Shown here: piece after piece, positions 39,501 to 54,900 of the stretch
Layout: the number at the start of each line of letters is the position of its first letter
Numbering within the stretch: the stretch's first letter is position 1
Assembly: GCA_964016885.1 (NCBI GenBank)
Contig: OZ024755.1
Location: 43,338,001-43,402,000 of the forward strand
DNA: 64,000 bases
Direction: 5' to 3'
Source: Eledone cirrhosa
Taxonomy: Eukaryota
Notes under the pieces: model-generated
What the model was told of the DNA's origin: nothing
The model's database searches: none
What the model saw: only the letters and a program-made list of their open reading frames with translations
Program-made: the position numbers and the translations under genes

Positions 39501-41110
39501 TAATCTTTGCATACTCACACTATTAGAAAGAGTTCCTAATCTTTCCCTACTAACACTATTAGAAAGATTTCCTAATCTTTGCATACTCACACTATTAGAA
39601 AGAGTTGCCAATCTTTGCATACTCACACTATTAGAAAGAGTTCCTAATTTTTGCATACTCACACTATTAGAAAGAGTTCCTAATCTTTGCATACTCATAC
39701 TATTAGAAAGAGTTCCTAATCTTTTCTTACTAACACTTTTAGAAAGAGTTCCTACTAACACTATTAGAAAGATTTCCTAATCTTTGCATACTCACACTAT
39801 TAGAAAGAGTTCCTAATCTTTGCATACTCACACTATTAGAAAGAGTTCCTAATCTTTGCATACTCACACTATTAGAAAGAGTTCCTAATCTTTTCCTACT
39901 AACACTTTTAGAAAGAGTTCCTTATCTTTTCCTACTAACACTATTAGAAAGAGTTCCTAATCTTCACCTACTAACACTATTAGAAAGAGTTCCTAATCTT
40001 TGCATACTCACACTATTAGAAAGAGTTCCTAATCTTTGCCTACTCACACTATTACAAAGAGTTCCCAATCTTTGCCTACTCACACTATTAGAAAGAGTTC
40101 CTAATCTTTGCATACTCACACTATTAGAAAGAGTTCCTAATCTTTGCATACTCATACTATTAGAAGGAGTTCCTAATCTTTGCATACTCACACTATTAGA
40201 AAGAGTTCCTAATCTAATCTTTGCCTACTCACACTATTAGAAAGTGTTCCTGACCTTTGCATACTCACACTATTAGAAAGAGTTCCTAATCTTTGAATAC
40301 TCACACTATTAGAAAGAGTTCCTAATCTTTGCATACTCATACTATTAGAAAGAATTCCTAATCTTTGCATACTCACACTATTAGAAAGAGATCCCAATCT
40401 TTGCATACTCACACTAATAGAAATAGTTCCTAATCTTTGCATACTAACACTAATAGAAAGAGTTCCTAATCTTTGCCTACTAACACTATTAGAAAGAGTT
40501 CCCAATCTTTGCCTACTCACACTATTAGAAAGAGTTCCCAATCTTTGCATACTCACACTATTAGAAAGAGTTCCTAATCTTTGCAAACTCACACTATTAG
40601 AAAGAGTTCCTAATCTAATCTTTGCATACTCACACTATTAGAAAGAGTTCCTAATCTTTGCATACTCACACTAATAGAAAGAGTTCCTAATCTTTGCCTA
40701 CTAACACTAATAGAAAGAGTTCCTAATCTTTGCCTACTAACACTATTAGAAAGAGTTCCTAATTTTTGCATACTCACACTATTAGAAAGAGTTCTTAATC
40801 TTTGCATACTCACACAATTCGAAAGTGTTCCTAATCTAATCTTTGCATACTCACACTATTAGAAGGAGTTGCCAATCTTTGCATACTCACACTATTAGAA
40901 AGAGTTCCTAATCTTTGCATACTCACACTATTAGAAAGAGTTCCCAATCTTTGCATACTAACACTATTAGAAAGAGTTCCTAATCTTTTCCTACTAACAC
41001 TATTAGAAAGATTCCTAATCTTTGCATACTCACACTATTAGAAAGAGTTCCTAATCTAATCTTTGCCTACTCACACTATTAGAAAGTGTTCCTGACCTTT
41101 GCATACTCAC
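36600..41110. repeat. Tandem higher-order repeat, ~2 x 2279 bp (second copy one monomer shorter distally)
   Basis: Pairs 37102/39381, 37685/39964 and 37930/40209 differ by 2279; 38367/40610 differ by 2243 (=2279-36). Shared markers CAATTTGTGCC, GAGTACC and CAATTCGAAAGTG. Confidence 0.88.
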
Positions 41111-43699
41111 ACTATTAGAAAGAGTTTTCAATCTTTGCCTACTAACACTAATAGAAAGAGTTCCTAACCTTTGCATACTAACACTAATAGAAAGAGTTCC
41201 TAATCTTTGCCTACTAACACTATTAGAAAGAGTTCCCAATCTTTACCTACTAACACTATTAGAAAGAGTTCTTAATCTTTGCATACTCACACTATTAGAA
41301 AGAGTCCCTAATCTTTGCATACTCACACTATTAGAAAGAGTTCCTAATCTTTGCATACTCACACTATTAGAAAGAATTCCTAATAATTGCATACTCACAC
41401 TATTAGAAAGAGTTCCTAATCTTTGCATACTCACACTATTAGAAAGAGTTCCCAATCTTTGCATACTCACACTATTAGAAAGAGTTGCTAATCTTTGCAT
41501 ACTCACACTATTAGAAAGACTTCCTAATCTTTGTCTACTATCACTATTAGAAAGAGTTCCTAATCTTTGCCTACTAACACTATTACAAAGAGTTCCCAAT
41601 CTTTGCCTACTCACACTATTAGAAAGAGTTCCTAATCTTTGCATACTCACACTATTAGAAAGAGTTCCTAATCTTTGTCTACTATCACTATTAGAAAGAG
41701 TTCCTAATCTTTGCCTACTAACACTATTACAAAGAGTTCCCAATTTTGCCTACTCACACTATTAGAAAGAGTTCCTAATATTTGCATACTCACACTATTA
41801 GAAAGAGTTCCTAATCTTATCCTGCTAACACTTTTAGAAAGAGTTCCTTATCTTTTCATACTAACACTATTAGAAAGAGTTCCTAATCTTCGCCTACTAA
41901 CACTATTAGAAAGAGTTCATAATCTTTGCATACTCACACTATTAGAAAGAGTTCCTACTCTTTGCATACTCACACTATTAGAAAGAGTTCCTAATCTTTG
42001 CATACTCACACTATTAGAAAGAGTTCCTAATTTTTGCATACTCACACTATTAGAAAGAGTTCTTAATCTTTGCATACTCACACTATTAGAGAGAGTTCCT
42101 AATCTTTCCCTACTCACACTATTAGAAAGATTTCCTAATCTTTGCATACTCACACTATTAGAAAGACTTCCTAATCCTTGCATACTCACACTATTAGAAA
42201 GAGTTCCTAATCTTTGCATACTCACACTATTAGAAAGAGTTGCCAATCTTTGCATACTCACACTATTAGAAAGAGTTCCTAATCTTTGCATACTCACACT
42301 ATTAGAAAGTGTTCCTAATCTAATCTTTGCCTACACATACTATTAGAAAGAGTTCCTAATCTTTTCCTATTAACACTATTAGAAAGAGTTCCTAATCTTT
42401 TCCTACTCACACTATTAGAAAGAGTTCCCAATCTTTGCATACTCGCACTATTAGAAAGAGTTCCCAATCTTTGCCTACTCACACTATTAGAAAGAGTTCC
42501 TAATCTTTGCATATTCACTCTATCAGAAAGAGTTCCTAATCTTTTCCTACTAACACTATTAGAAAGAGTTCCTAATCTTTGGATACTAACACTAATAGAA
42601 AGATTTCCCAATCTTTGCATACTCACACTATTAGAAGGAGTTACTAATCTTTGCATACTCACACTATTAGTAAGAGTTCCTAATCTTTGCATACTCACAC
42701 TATTAGAAAGAGTTCCCAATCTTTGCATACTCACACTATTAGAAAGAGTTCCTAATCTTTGCAAACTCACACTATTAGAAAGAGTTCCTAATCTAATCTT
42801 TGCCTACACACACTATTAGAAAGAGTTCCTAATTTTTGCATACTCACACTATGAGAAAGAGTTCCTAATCTTTGCATACTCACACTGCTAGAAATATTTC
42901 ATAATCTTTGCATACTCACACTATTAGAAAGAGTTCCTTATCTTTGCTTATTAACACTATTAGAAAGAGTTCCTAATCTTTGCCTACTAACACTATTAGA
43001 AAGAGTTCCTAATCTTTGCATACTCACACTATTAGAAAGAGTTCCTAATCTTTGCATACTCACACTATTACAAAGAGTTCCCAATCTTTGCCTACTCACA
43101 CTATTAGAAAGAGTTCCTAATCTTTGCATACTCACACTATTAGAAAGAGTTCCTAATCTTTGCCTACTAACACTATTAGTAAGAGTTCCTAATCTTTGCA
43201 TAATCAGACTATTGGAAAGAGTTCCTAATCTTTGCATACTCACACTATTGGAAAGAGTTCCTAATCTTTGCATACTCACACTATTAGAAAGAGTTCTTAT
43301 TCTTTGCATACTCACACTATTAGAAAGAGTCCCTAATCTTTGTATACTCACACTATTAGAAAGAATTCCTAATAATTGCATACTCACACTATTAGAAATC
43401 GCTCCTAATCTTTGCATACTCACACTATTAGAAAGAGTTCCCAATCTTTGCATACTCACACTATTAGAAAGAGTTGCTAATCTTTGCATACTCACACTAT
43501 TAGAAAGACTTCCTAATCTTTGTCTACTATCACTATTAGAAAGAGTTCCTAATCTTTGCCTACTAACACTATTACAAAGAGTTCCCAATCTTTGCCTACT
43601 CACACTATTAGAAAGAGTTCCTAATGTTTGGATACTCACACTATTAGAAAGAGTTCCTAATCTTATCCTGCTAACACTTTTAGAAAGAGTTCCTTATCT

Positions 43700-46600
43700 T
43701 TTCCTACTAACACTATTAGAAAGAGTTCCTAATCTTCGCCTACTAACAGTATTAGAAATAGTTCATAATCTTTGTATACTCACACTATTAGAAATAGTTC
43801 CTAATCCTTGCATACTCACACTATTAGAAAGAGTTCCCAATCTTTGCCTACTCGCAGTATTAGAAAGAGTTCCTAATCTTTGCCTACTAACACTATTAGA
43901 AAGAGTTCCTAATCTTTGCATACTCACACTATTAGAAAGAGTTCCTAACCTTTGCATACTCACACTATTACAAAGAGTTCCCAATCTTTGCCTACTCACA
44001 CTATTAGAAAGAGTTCCTGATCTTTGCATACTCACACTATTAGAAAGAGTTCCTAATCTTTGCCTACTAACACTATTAGAAAGAGTTCCTAATCTTTGCA
44101 TACTCACACTATTGGAAAGAGTTCCTAATATTTGCATACTCACACTATTAGAAAGAGTTCTTATTCTTTGCATACTCACACTATTAGAAAGAGTCCCTAA
44201 TCTTTGCATACTCACACTATTAGAAAGAATTCCTAATAATTGCATACTCACACTATTAGAAAGAGCTCCTAATCTTTGCATACTCACACTATTAGAAAGA
44301 GTTCCCAATCTTTGCATACTCACACTATTAGAAAGAGTTGCTAATCTTTGCATACTCACACTATTAGAAAGACTTCCTAATCTTTGTCTACTATCACTAC
44401 TAGAAAGAGTTCCTAATCTTTGCCTACTAACACTATTACAAAGAGTTCCCAATCTTTGCCTACTCACACTATTAGAAAGAGTTCCTAATATTTGCATACT
44501 CACACTATTAGAAAGAGTTCCTAATCTTATCCTGCTAACACTTTTAGAAAGAGTTCCTTATCTTTTCCTACTAACACTATTAGAAAGAGTTCCTAATCTT
44601 CGCCTACTAACACTATTAGAAAGAGTTCATAATCTTTGCATACTCACACTATTAGAAAGAGTTCCTACTCTTTGCATACTCACACTATTAGAAAGAGTTC
44701 CTAATCTTTGCATACTCACACTATTAGAAAGAGTTCCTAATCTTTGTCTACTATCACTATTAGAAAGAGTTCCTAATCTAATCTTTGCCTACACACACTA
44801 TTAGAAAGAATTCCTTATCTTTTCCTACTAACACTATTAGAAAGAGTTCCTAATCTTTGCCTACTAACACTATTAGAAAGAGTTCATAATCTTTGCATAC
44901 TCACACTACTAGAAATATTTCATAATCTTTGCATACTCACACTATTAGAAAGAGTTCCTAATCTTTGCCTACTAACACTATTAGAAAGAGTTCCTAATCT
45001 TTGCATACTCACACTATTAGAAATAGTTCCTAATCGTTGCATACTCACACTATTAGAAAGAGTTCCCAATCTTTGCATACACACACTATTAGAAAGAGTT
45101 CCTAATCTTTGGATACTCATACTATTAGAAAGAGTTCCTAATCTTTACAAACTCACACTATTAGAAAGAGATCCTAATCTAATCTTTGCCTACACACACT
45201 ATTAGAAAGAGTTCCTTATCTTTTCCTACTAACACTATTAGAAAGAGTTCCTAATCTTTGCCTACTAACACTATTAGAAAGAGTTCATATCTTTGTATAC
45301 TCACACTATTAGAAATAGTTCCTAATCCTTGCATACTCACACTATTAGAAAGAGTTCCCAATCTTTGCCTACTCGCAGTATTAGAAAGAGTTCCTAATCT
45401 TTGCATACTCACACTATTAGAAAGAGTTCCTAATCGTTTCATACTCACACTATTAGAAAGAGTTCATAATCTTTGCATACTCACACTATTAGAAAGAGTT
45501 CCTAATCTTTCCCTACTAACACTATTAGAAAGATTTCCTAATCTTTGCATACTCACACTATTAGAAAGACTTCCTAATCTTTGCATGCTCACACTATTAG
45601 AAAGAGTTCCTAATCTTTGAATACCCACACTATTAGAAAGAGTTCCCAATCTTTGAATACTCACACTATTAGAAAGAGTTCCTAATCTAATCTTTGCCTA
45701 CACACACTATTAGAAAGAGTTCCTAATCTTTGCATACTCACACTATTAGAAAGAGTTCCTAATCTTTGCATACTCACACTATTAGAAAGAGTTCATAATC
45801 TTTGCATACTCACACTATTAGAAAGAGTTCCTAATCTTTGTCTACCATCACTATTAGAAAGAGTTCCTAATCTAATCTTTGCCTACACACACTATTAGAA
45901 AGAGTTCCTTATCTTTTCCTACTAACACTATTAGAAAGAGTTCCTAATCTTTGCCTACTAACACTATTAGAAAGAGTTCATAATCTTTGCATACTCACAC
46001 TACTAGAAATATTTCATAATCTTTGCATACTCACACTATTAGAAAGAGTTCCTAATCTTTGCCTACTAACACTATTAGAAAGAGTTCCTAATCTTTGCAT
46101 ACTGACACTATTAGAAATAGTTCCTAATCGTTGCATACTCACACTATTAGAAAGAGTTCCCAATCTTTGCATACTCACACTATTAGAAAGAGTTCCTAAT
46201 CTTTGCATACTCATACTATTAGAAAGAGTTCCTAATCTTTACAAACTCACACTATTAGAAAGAGATCCTAATCTAATCTTTGCCTACACACACTATTAGA
46301 AAGAGTTCCTTATCTTTTCCTACAAACACTATTAGAAAGAGTTCCTAATCTTTGCCTACTAACAGTATTAGAAATAGTTCATAATCTTTGTATACTCACA
46401 CTATTAGAAATAGTTCCTAATCCTTGCATACTCACACGATTAGAAAGAGTTCCCAATCTTTGCCTACTCGCAGTATTAGAAAGAGTTCCTAATCTTTGCC
46501 TACTAACACTATTAGAAAGAGTTCCTAATCTTTGCATACTCACACTATTAGAAAGAGTTCCTAACCTTTGCATACTCACACTATTACAAAGAGTTCCCAA

Positions 46601-48400
46601 TCTTTGCCTACTCACACTATTAGAAAGAGTTCCTGATCTTTGCATACTCACACTATTAGAAAGAGTTCCTAATCTTTGCCTACTAACACTATTAGAAAGA
46701 GTTCCTAATCTTTGCATACTCACACTATTGGAAAGAGTTCTAATATTTGCATACTCACACTATTAGAAAGAGTTCTTATTCTTTGCATACTCACACTATT
46801 AGAAAGAGTCCCTAATCTTTGCATACTCACACTATTAGAAAGAATTCCTAATAATTGCATACTCACACTATTAGAAAGAGCTCCTAATCTTTGCATACTC
46901 ACACTATTAGAAAGAGTTCCCAATCTTTGCATACTCACACTATTAGAAAGAGTTGCTAATCTTTGCATACTCACACTATTAGAAAGACTTCCTAATCTTT
47001 GTCTACTATCACTACTAGAAAGAGTTCCTAATCTTTGCCTACTAACACTATTACAAAGAGTTCCCAATCTTTGCCTACTCACACTATTAGAAAGAGTTCC
47101 TAATATTTGCATACTCACACTATTAGAAAGAGTTCCTAATCTTATCCTGCTAACACTTTTAGAAAGAGTTCCTTATCTTTTCCTACTAACACTATTAGAA
47201 AGAGTTCCTAATCTTCGCCTACTAACACTATTAGAAAGAGTTCATAATCTTTGCATACTCACACTATTAGAAAGAGTTCCTACTCTTTGCATACTCACAC
47301 TATTAGAAAGAGTTCCTAATCTTTGCATACTCACACTATTAGAAAGAGTTCCTAATCTTTGTCTACTATCACTATTAGAAAGAGTTCCTAATCTAATCTT
47401 TGCCTACACACACTATTAGAAAGAATTCCTTATCTTTTCCTACTAACACTATTAGAAAGAGTTCCTAATCTTTGCCTACTAACACTATTAGAAAGAGTTC
47501 ATAATCTTTGCATACTCACACTACTAGAAATATTTCATAATCTTTGCATACTCACACTATTAGAAAGAGTTCCTAATCTTTGCCTACTAACACTATTAGA
47601 AAGAGTTCCTAATCTTTGCATACTCACACTATTAGAAATAGTTCCTAATCGTTGCATACTCACACTATTAGAAAGAGTTCCCAATCTTTGCATACACACA
47701 CTATTAGAAAGAGTTCCTAATCTTTGGATACTCATACTATTAGAAAGAGTTCCTAATCTTTACAAACTCACACTATTAGAAAGAGATCCTAATCTAATCT
47801 TTGCCTACACACACTATTAGAAAGAGTTCCTTATCTTTTCCTACTAACACTATTAGAAAGAGTTCCTAATCTTTGCCTACTAACACTATTAGAAAGAGTT
47901 CATATCTTTGTATACTCACACTATTAGAAATAGTTCCTAATCCTTGCATACTCACACTATTAGAAAGAGTTCCCAATCTTTGCCTACTCGCAGTATTAGA
48001 AAGAGTTCCTAATCTTTGCATACTCACACTATTAGAAAGAGTTCCTAATCGTTTCATACTCACACTATTAGAAAGAGTTCATAATCTTTGCATACTCACA
48101 CTATTAGAAAGAGTTCCTAATCTTTCCCTACTAACACTATTAGAAAGATTTCCTAATCTTTGCATACTCACACTATTAGAAAGACTTCCTAATCTTTGCA
48201 TGCTCACACTATTAGAAAGAGTTCCTAATCTTTGAATACCCACACTATTAGAAAGAGTTCCCAATCTTTGAATACTCACACTATTAGAAAGAGTTCCTAA
48301 TCTAATCTTTGCCTACACACACTATTAGAAAGAGTTCCTAATCTTTGCATACTCACACTATTAGAAAGAGTTCCTAATCTTTGCATACTCACACTATTAG
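43700..48400. repeat. Duplication, offset ~2615 bp
   Basis: Pairs 44920/47535, 45251/47866, 45258/47873 and 45464/48079 differ by 2615. Shared markers GTTCATATC, TAATCGTTTC and TGAATACCCAC. Confidence 0.88.
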
Positions 48401-51400
48401 AAAGAGTTCCCAATCTTTGCCTACTCATACTAATAGAAAGAGTTTCTAATCTTTGCATACTCACACTATCAGAAAGAGTTCCTAATATTTGCATACTCAC
48501 ACTATTAGAAAGAGTTCCTAATCTTTTCCTACTAACACTATTAGAAAGAGTTCCTAATCTTTTCCTACTCACACAATTAGAAAGATTTCCCAATCTTTGC
48601 ATACTCACACTATTAGAAAGAGTTCCCAATCTTTGCCTACTCACACTATTAGATAGAGTTCCTAATCTTTGCATACTCACACTATCAGAAAGAGTTCCTA
48701 ATCTTTGTATACTCACACTATTAGAAAGAGTTCTTAATCTTTGCATACTAACACTATTAGAAAGAGTTCCTAATCTTTTCCTACTAACACTATTAGAAAG
48801 AGTTCCTAATTTTTGCATACTCACACTATGAGAAAGAGTTCCTAATCTTTGCATACTCACACTTCTAGAAATATTTCATAATCTTTGCATACTCACACTA
48901 TTAGAAAGAGTTCCTTATCTTTGCTTATTAACACTATTAGAAAGAGTTCCTAATCTTTGCCTACTAACACTATTAGAAAGAGTTCCTAATCTTTGCATAC
49001 TCACACTATTAGAAAGAGTTCCTAATCTTTGTATACTCACACTATTACAAAGAGTTCCCAATCTTTGCCAACTCACACTATTAGAAAGAGTTCCTAATCT
49101 TTGCATACTCACACTATTAGAAAGAGTTCCTAATGTTTGCCTACTAACACTATTAGAAAGAGTTCCTAATCTTTGCATAATCACACTATTGGAAAGAGTT
49201 CCTAATCTTTGCATACTCACACAATTAGAAAGAGTTCTTATTCTTTGCATACTCACACTATTAGAAAGAGTCCCTAATCTTTGCATACTCACACTATTAG
49301 AAAGAGTTCCCAATCTTTGCATACTCACACTATTAGAAAGAATTCCTAATAATTGCATACTCACACTATTAGAAAGAGTTCCTAATCTTTGCATACTCAC
49401 ACTATTAGAAAGAGTTCCCAATCTTTGCATACTCACACTATTATAAAGAGTTGCTAATCTTTGCATACTCACACTATTAGAAAGACTTCCTAATCTTTGT
49501 CTACTATCACTATTAGAAAGAGTTTCTAATCTTTGCCTACTAACACTATTACAAAGAGTTCCCAATCTTTGCCTACTCACACTATTAGAAAGAGTTCCTA
49601 ATCTTTGCATACTCACACTATTAGAAAGAGTTCCTAATCTTTGTCTACTATCACTATTAGAAAGAGTTCCTAATCTTTGCCTACTAACACTATTACAAAG
49701 AGTTCCCAATCTTTGCCTACTCACACTATTAGAAAGAGTTCCTAATATTTGCATACTCACACTATTAGAAAGAGTTCCTAATCTTATCCTGCTAACACTT
49801 TTAGAAAGAGTTCCTTATCCTTTCCTACTAACACTATTAGAAAGAGTTCCTAATCTTCGCCTACTAACACTATTAGAAAGAGTTCATAATCTTTGCATAC
49901 TCACACTATTAGAAAGAGTTCCTACTCTTTGCATACTCACACTATTAGAAAGAGTTCCTAATCTTTGCATACTCACACTATTAGAAAGAGTTCCTAATCT
50001 TTGTCTACTATCACTATTAGAAAGAGTTCCTAATCTAATCTTTGCCTAGACACACTATTAGAAAGAGTTCCTTATCTGTTCCTACTAACACTATTAGAAA
50101 GAGTTCCTAATCTTTGCCTACTAACACTATTAGAAAGAGTTCATAATCTTTGCATACTCACACTACTAGAAATATTTCATAATCTTTGCATACTCACACT
50201 ATTAGAAAGAGTTCCTAATCTTTGCATACTGACACTATTAGAAATAGTTCCTAATCGTTGCATACTCACACTATTAGAAAGAGTTCCCAATCTTTGCATA
50301 CTCACACTATTAGAAAGAGTTCCTAATCTTTGCATACTCATACTATTAGAAAGAGTTCCTAATCTTTACAAACTCACACTATTAGAAAGAGATCCTAATC
50401 TAATCTTTGCCTACACACACTATTAGAAAGAGTTCCTTATCTTTTCCTACAAACACTATTAGAAAGAGTTCCTAATCTTTGCCTACTAACAGTATTAGAA
50501 AGAGTTCATAATCTTTGTATACTCACACTATTAGAAATAGTTCCTAATCCTTGCATACTCACACTATTAGAAAGAGTTCCCAATCTTTGCCTACTCGCAG
50601 TATTAGAAAGAGTTCCTAATCTTTGCCTACTAACACTATTAGAAAGAGTTCCTAATCTTTGCATACTCACACTATTAGAAAGAGTTCCTAACCTTTGCAT
50701 ACTCACACTATTACAAAGAGTTCCCAATCTTTGCCTACTCACACTATTAGAAAGAGTTCCTAATCTTTGCATACTCACACTATTAGAAAGAGTTCCTAAT
50801 CTTTGCCTACTAACACTATTAGAAAGAGTTCCTATTCTTTGCATACTCACACTATTGGAAAGAGTTCCTAATCTTTGCATACTCACACTATTAGAAAGAG
50901 TTCTTATTCTTTGCATACTCACACTATTAGAAAGAGTCCCTAATCTTTGCATACTCACACTATTAGAAAGAATTCCTAATAATTGCATACTCACACTATT
51001 AGAAAGAGTTCCTAATCTTTGCATACTCACACTATTAGAAAGAGTTCCCAATCTTTGCATACTCACACTATTAGAAAGAGTTGCTAATCTTTGCATACTC
51101 ACACTATTAGAAAGACTTCCTAATCTTTGTCTACTATCACTACTAGAAAGAGTTCCTAATCTTTGCCTACTAACACTATTACAAAGAGTTCCCAATCTTT
51201 GCCTACTCACACTATTAGAAAGAGTTCCTAATCTTTGCATACTCACACTATTAGAAAGAGTTCCTAATCTTTGTCTACTATCACTATTAGAAAGAGTTCC
51301 TAGTCTCTCCCTACTAACACTATTACAAAGAGTTCCCAATCTTTGCCTACTCACACTATTAGAAAGAGTTCCTAATATTTGCATACTCACACTATTAGAA

Positions 51401-51949
51401 AGAGTTCCTAATCTTATCCTGCTAACACTTTTAGAAAGAGTTCCTTATCTTTTCCTACTAACACTATTAGAAAGAGTTCCTAATCTTCGCCTACTAACAC
51501 TATTAGAAAGAGTTCATAATCTTTGCATACTCACACTATTAGAAAGAGTTCCTACTCTTTGCATACTCACACTATTAGAAAGAGTTCCTAATCTTTGCAT
51601 ACTCACACTATTAGAAAGAGTTACTAATCTTTGTCTACTATCACTATTAGAAAGAGTTCCTAATCTAATCTTTGCCTACACACACTATTAGAAAGAGTTC
51701 CTTATCTTTTCCTACTAACACTGTTAGAAAGAGTTCCTAATCTTTGCCTACTAACACTATTAGAAAGAGTTCATAATCTTTGCATACTCACACTACTAGA
51801 AATATTTCATAATCTTTGCATACTCACACTATTAGAAAGAGTTCCTAATCTTTGCCTACTAACACTATTAGAAAGAGTTCCTAATCTTTGCATACTCACA
51901 CTATTAGAAATAGTTCCTAATCGTTGCATTCTCACACTATTAGAAAGAG

Positions 51950-54900
51950 TTCATAATCTTTGCATACTCACACTACTAGAAATATTTCATAATCTTTGCA
52001 TACTCACACTATTAGAAAGAGTTCCTAATCTTTGCCTACTAACACTATTAGAAAGAGTTCCTAATCTTTGCATACTCACACTATTAGAAATAGTTCCTAA
52101 TCGTTGCATTCTCACACTATTAGAAAGAGTTCCCAATCTTTGCATACACACACTATTAGAAAGAGTTCCTAATCTTTGCATACTCATACTATTAGAAAGA
52201 GTTCCTAATATTTACAAACTCACACTATCAGAAAGAGATCCTAATCTAATCTTTGCCTACACACACTATTAGAAAGAGTTCCTTATCTTTTCCTACTAAC
52301 ACTATTAGAAAGAGTTCCTAATCTTTGCCTACTAACACTATTAGAAAGAGTTCATAATCTTTGTATACTCACACTATTAGAAATAGTTCCTAATCCTTGC
52401 ATACTCACACTATTAGAAAGAGATCCCAATCTTTGCCTACTCGCAGTATTAGAAAGAGTTCCTAATCTTTGCATACTCACACTATTAGAAAGAGTTCCTA
52501 ATCTTTGCATACTCACACTATTAGAAAGAGTTCTTAATCTTTGCATACTCATACTATTAGAAAGAGTTCCTAATCTTTCCCTACTAACACTATTAGAAAG
52601 ATTTCCTAATCTTTGCATACTCACACTATTAGAAAGACTTCCTAATCTTTGCATGCTCACACTATTAGAAAGAGTTTCTAATCTTTGAATACTCACACTA
52701 TTAGAAAGAGTTCCCAATCTTTGCATACTCACACTATTAGAAACAGTTCCTAATCTTTGCATACTCACACTATTAGAAAGAGTTCCTAATCTAATCTTTG
52801 CCTACACACACTATTAGAAAGAGTTCCTAATTTTTGCATACTCACACTATTAGAAAGAGTTCCTAATCTTTGCATACTCACACTATTAGAAAGAGTTCCC
52901 AATCTTTGCCTACTCATACTAATAGAAAGAGTTTCTAATCTTTGCATACTCACACTATCAGAAAGAGTTCCTAATATTTGCATACTCACACTATTAGAAA
53001 GAGTTCCTAATCTTTTCCTACTAACACTATTAGAAAGAGTTCCCAATCTTTGCATACTCACACTATTAGGAAGAGTTCCCAATCTTTGCCTACTCACACT
53101 ATTAGATAGAGTTCCTAATCTTTGCATACTCACACTATCAGAAAGAGTTCCTAATCTTTGCATACTCACACTATTAGAAAGAGTTCTTAATCTTTGCATA
53201 CTAACACTATTAGAAAGAGTTCCTAATCTTTTCCTACTAACACTATTAGAAAGAGTTCCTAATCTTTGCATACTCACACTATTAGAAACAGTTCCTAATC
53301 TTTGCATACTAACACTAATAGAAAGATTTCCTAATCTTTGCATACTCACACTATTAGAAGAAGTTACTAATCTTTGCATACTCACAATATTAGAAAGAGT
53401 TCCTAATCTTTGCATACTCACACTATTAGAAAGCGTTCCCAATCTTTGCATTCTCACACTATTAGAAAGAGTTCCTAATCTTTGCAAACTCACACTATTA
53501 GAAAGAGTTCCTAATCTAATCTTTGCCTACACACACTATTAGAAAGAGTTCCTAATTTTTGCATACTCACACTATGAGAAAGAGTTCCTAATCTTTGCAT
53601 ACTCACACTGCTAGAAATATTTCATAATCTTTGCATACTCACACTATTAGAAAGAGTTCCTAATCTTTGCCTACAAACACTATTAGAAAGAGTTCCTAAT
53701 CTTTGCCTACTAACACTATTAGAAAGAGTTCCTAATCTTTGCATACTCACACTATTAGAAAGAGTTCCTAATCTTTGCATACTCACACTATAACAAAGAG
53801 ATCCCAATCTTTGCCTACTCACACTATTAGAAAGAGTTCCTAATCTTTGTATACTCACAATATTAAAAAGAGTTCCTAATCTTTGCCTACTAACACTATT
53901 AGAAAGAATTCCTAATAATTGCATACTCACACTATTAGAAAGAGTTCCTAATCTTTGCATACTCACACTATTAGAAAGAGTTCCCAATCTTTGCCTACTC
54001 ACACTATTAGAAAGAGTTCCTAATCTTTGCATACTCACACTATTAGAAAGAGTTCCTAATATTTGCATACTCACACTATTATAAAGAGTTCCTAATCTTT
54101 GCATACTCACACTATTGGAAAGAGTTCCTAATCTTTGCATACTCACACTATTAGAAAGAGTTCTTATTCTTTGCATACTCACACTATTAGAAAGAGTTCC
54201 TAATCTTTGCATACTAACACTAATAGAAAGATTTCCTAATCTTTGCATACTCACACTATTAGAAGAAGTTACTAATCTTTGCATACTCACAATATTAGAA
54301 AGAGTTCCTAATCTTTGCATACTCACACTATTGGAAAGAGTCCCTAATCTTTGCATACTCACACTATTAGAAAGAATTCCTAATAATTGCATACTCACAC
54401 TATTAGAAAGAGTTTCTAATCTTTGCATACTCACACTATTAGAAAGAGTTCCTAATCTTTGCATACTCACACTATTAGAAAGAGTTCCTAATCTTTTCCT
54501 ACTAACACTATTAGAAAGAGTTCCTAATCTTTTCCTACTCACACAATTAGAAAGAGTTCCCAATCTTTGCATACTCACACTATTAGAAAGAGTTCCCAAT
54601 CTTTGCCTACTCACACTATTAGATAGAGTTCCTAATCTTTGCATACTCACACTATCAGAAAGAGTTCCTAATCTTTGCATACTCACACTATTAGAAAGAG
54701 TTCTTAATCTTTGCATACTAACACTATTAGAAAGAGTTCCTAATCTTTTCCTACTAACACTATTAGAAAGAGTTCCTAATTTTTGCATACTCACACTATG
54801 AGAAAGAGTTCCTAATCTTTGCATACTCACACTGCTAGAAATATTTCATAATCTTTGCATACTCACACTATTAGAAAGACTTCCTTATCTTTGCTTATTA

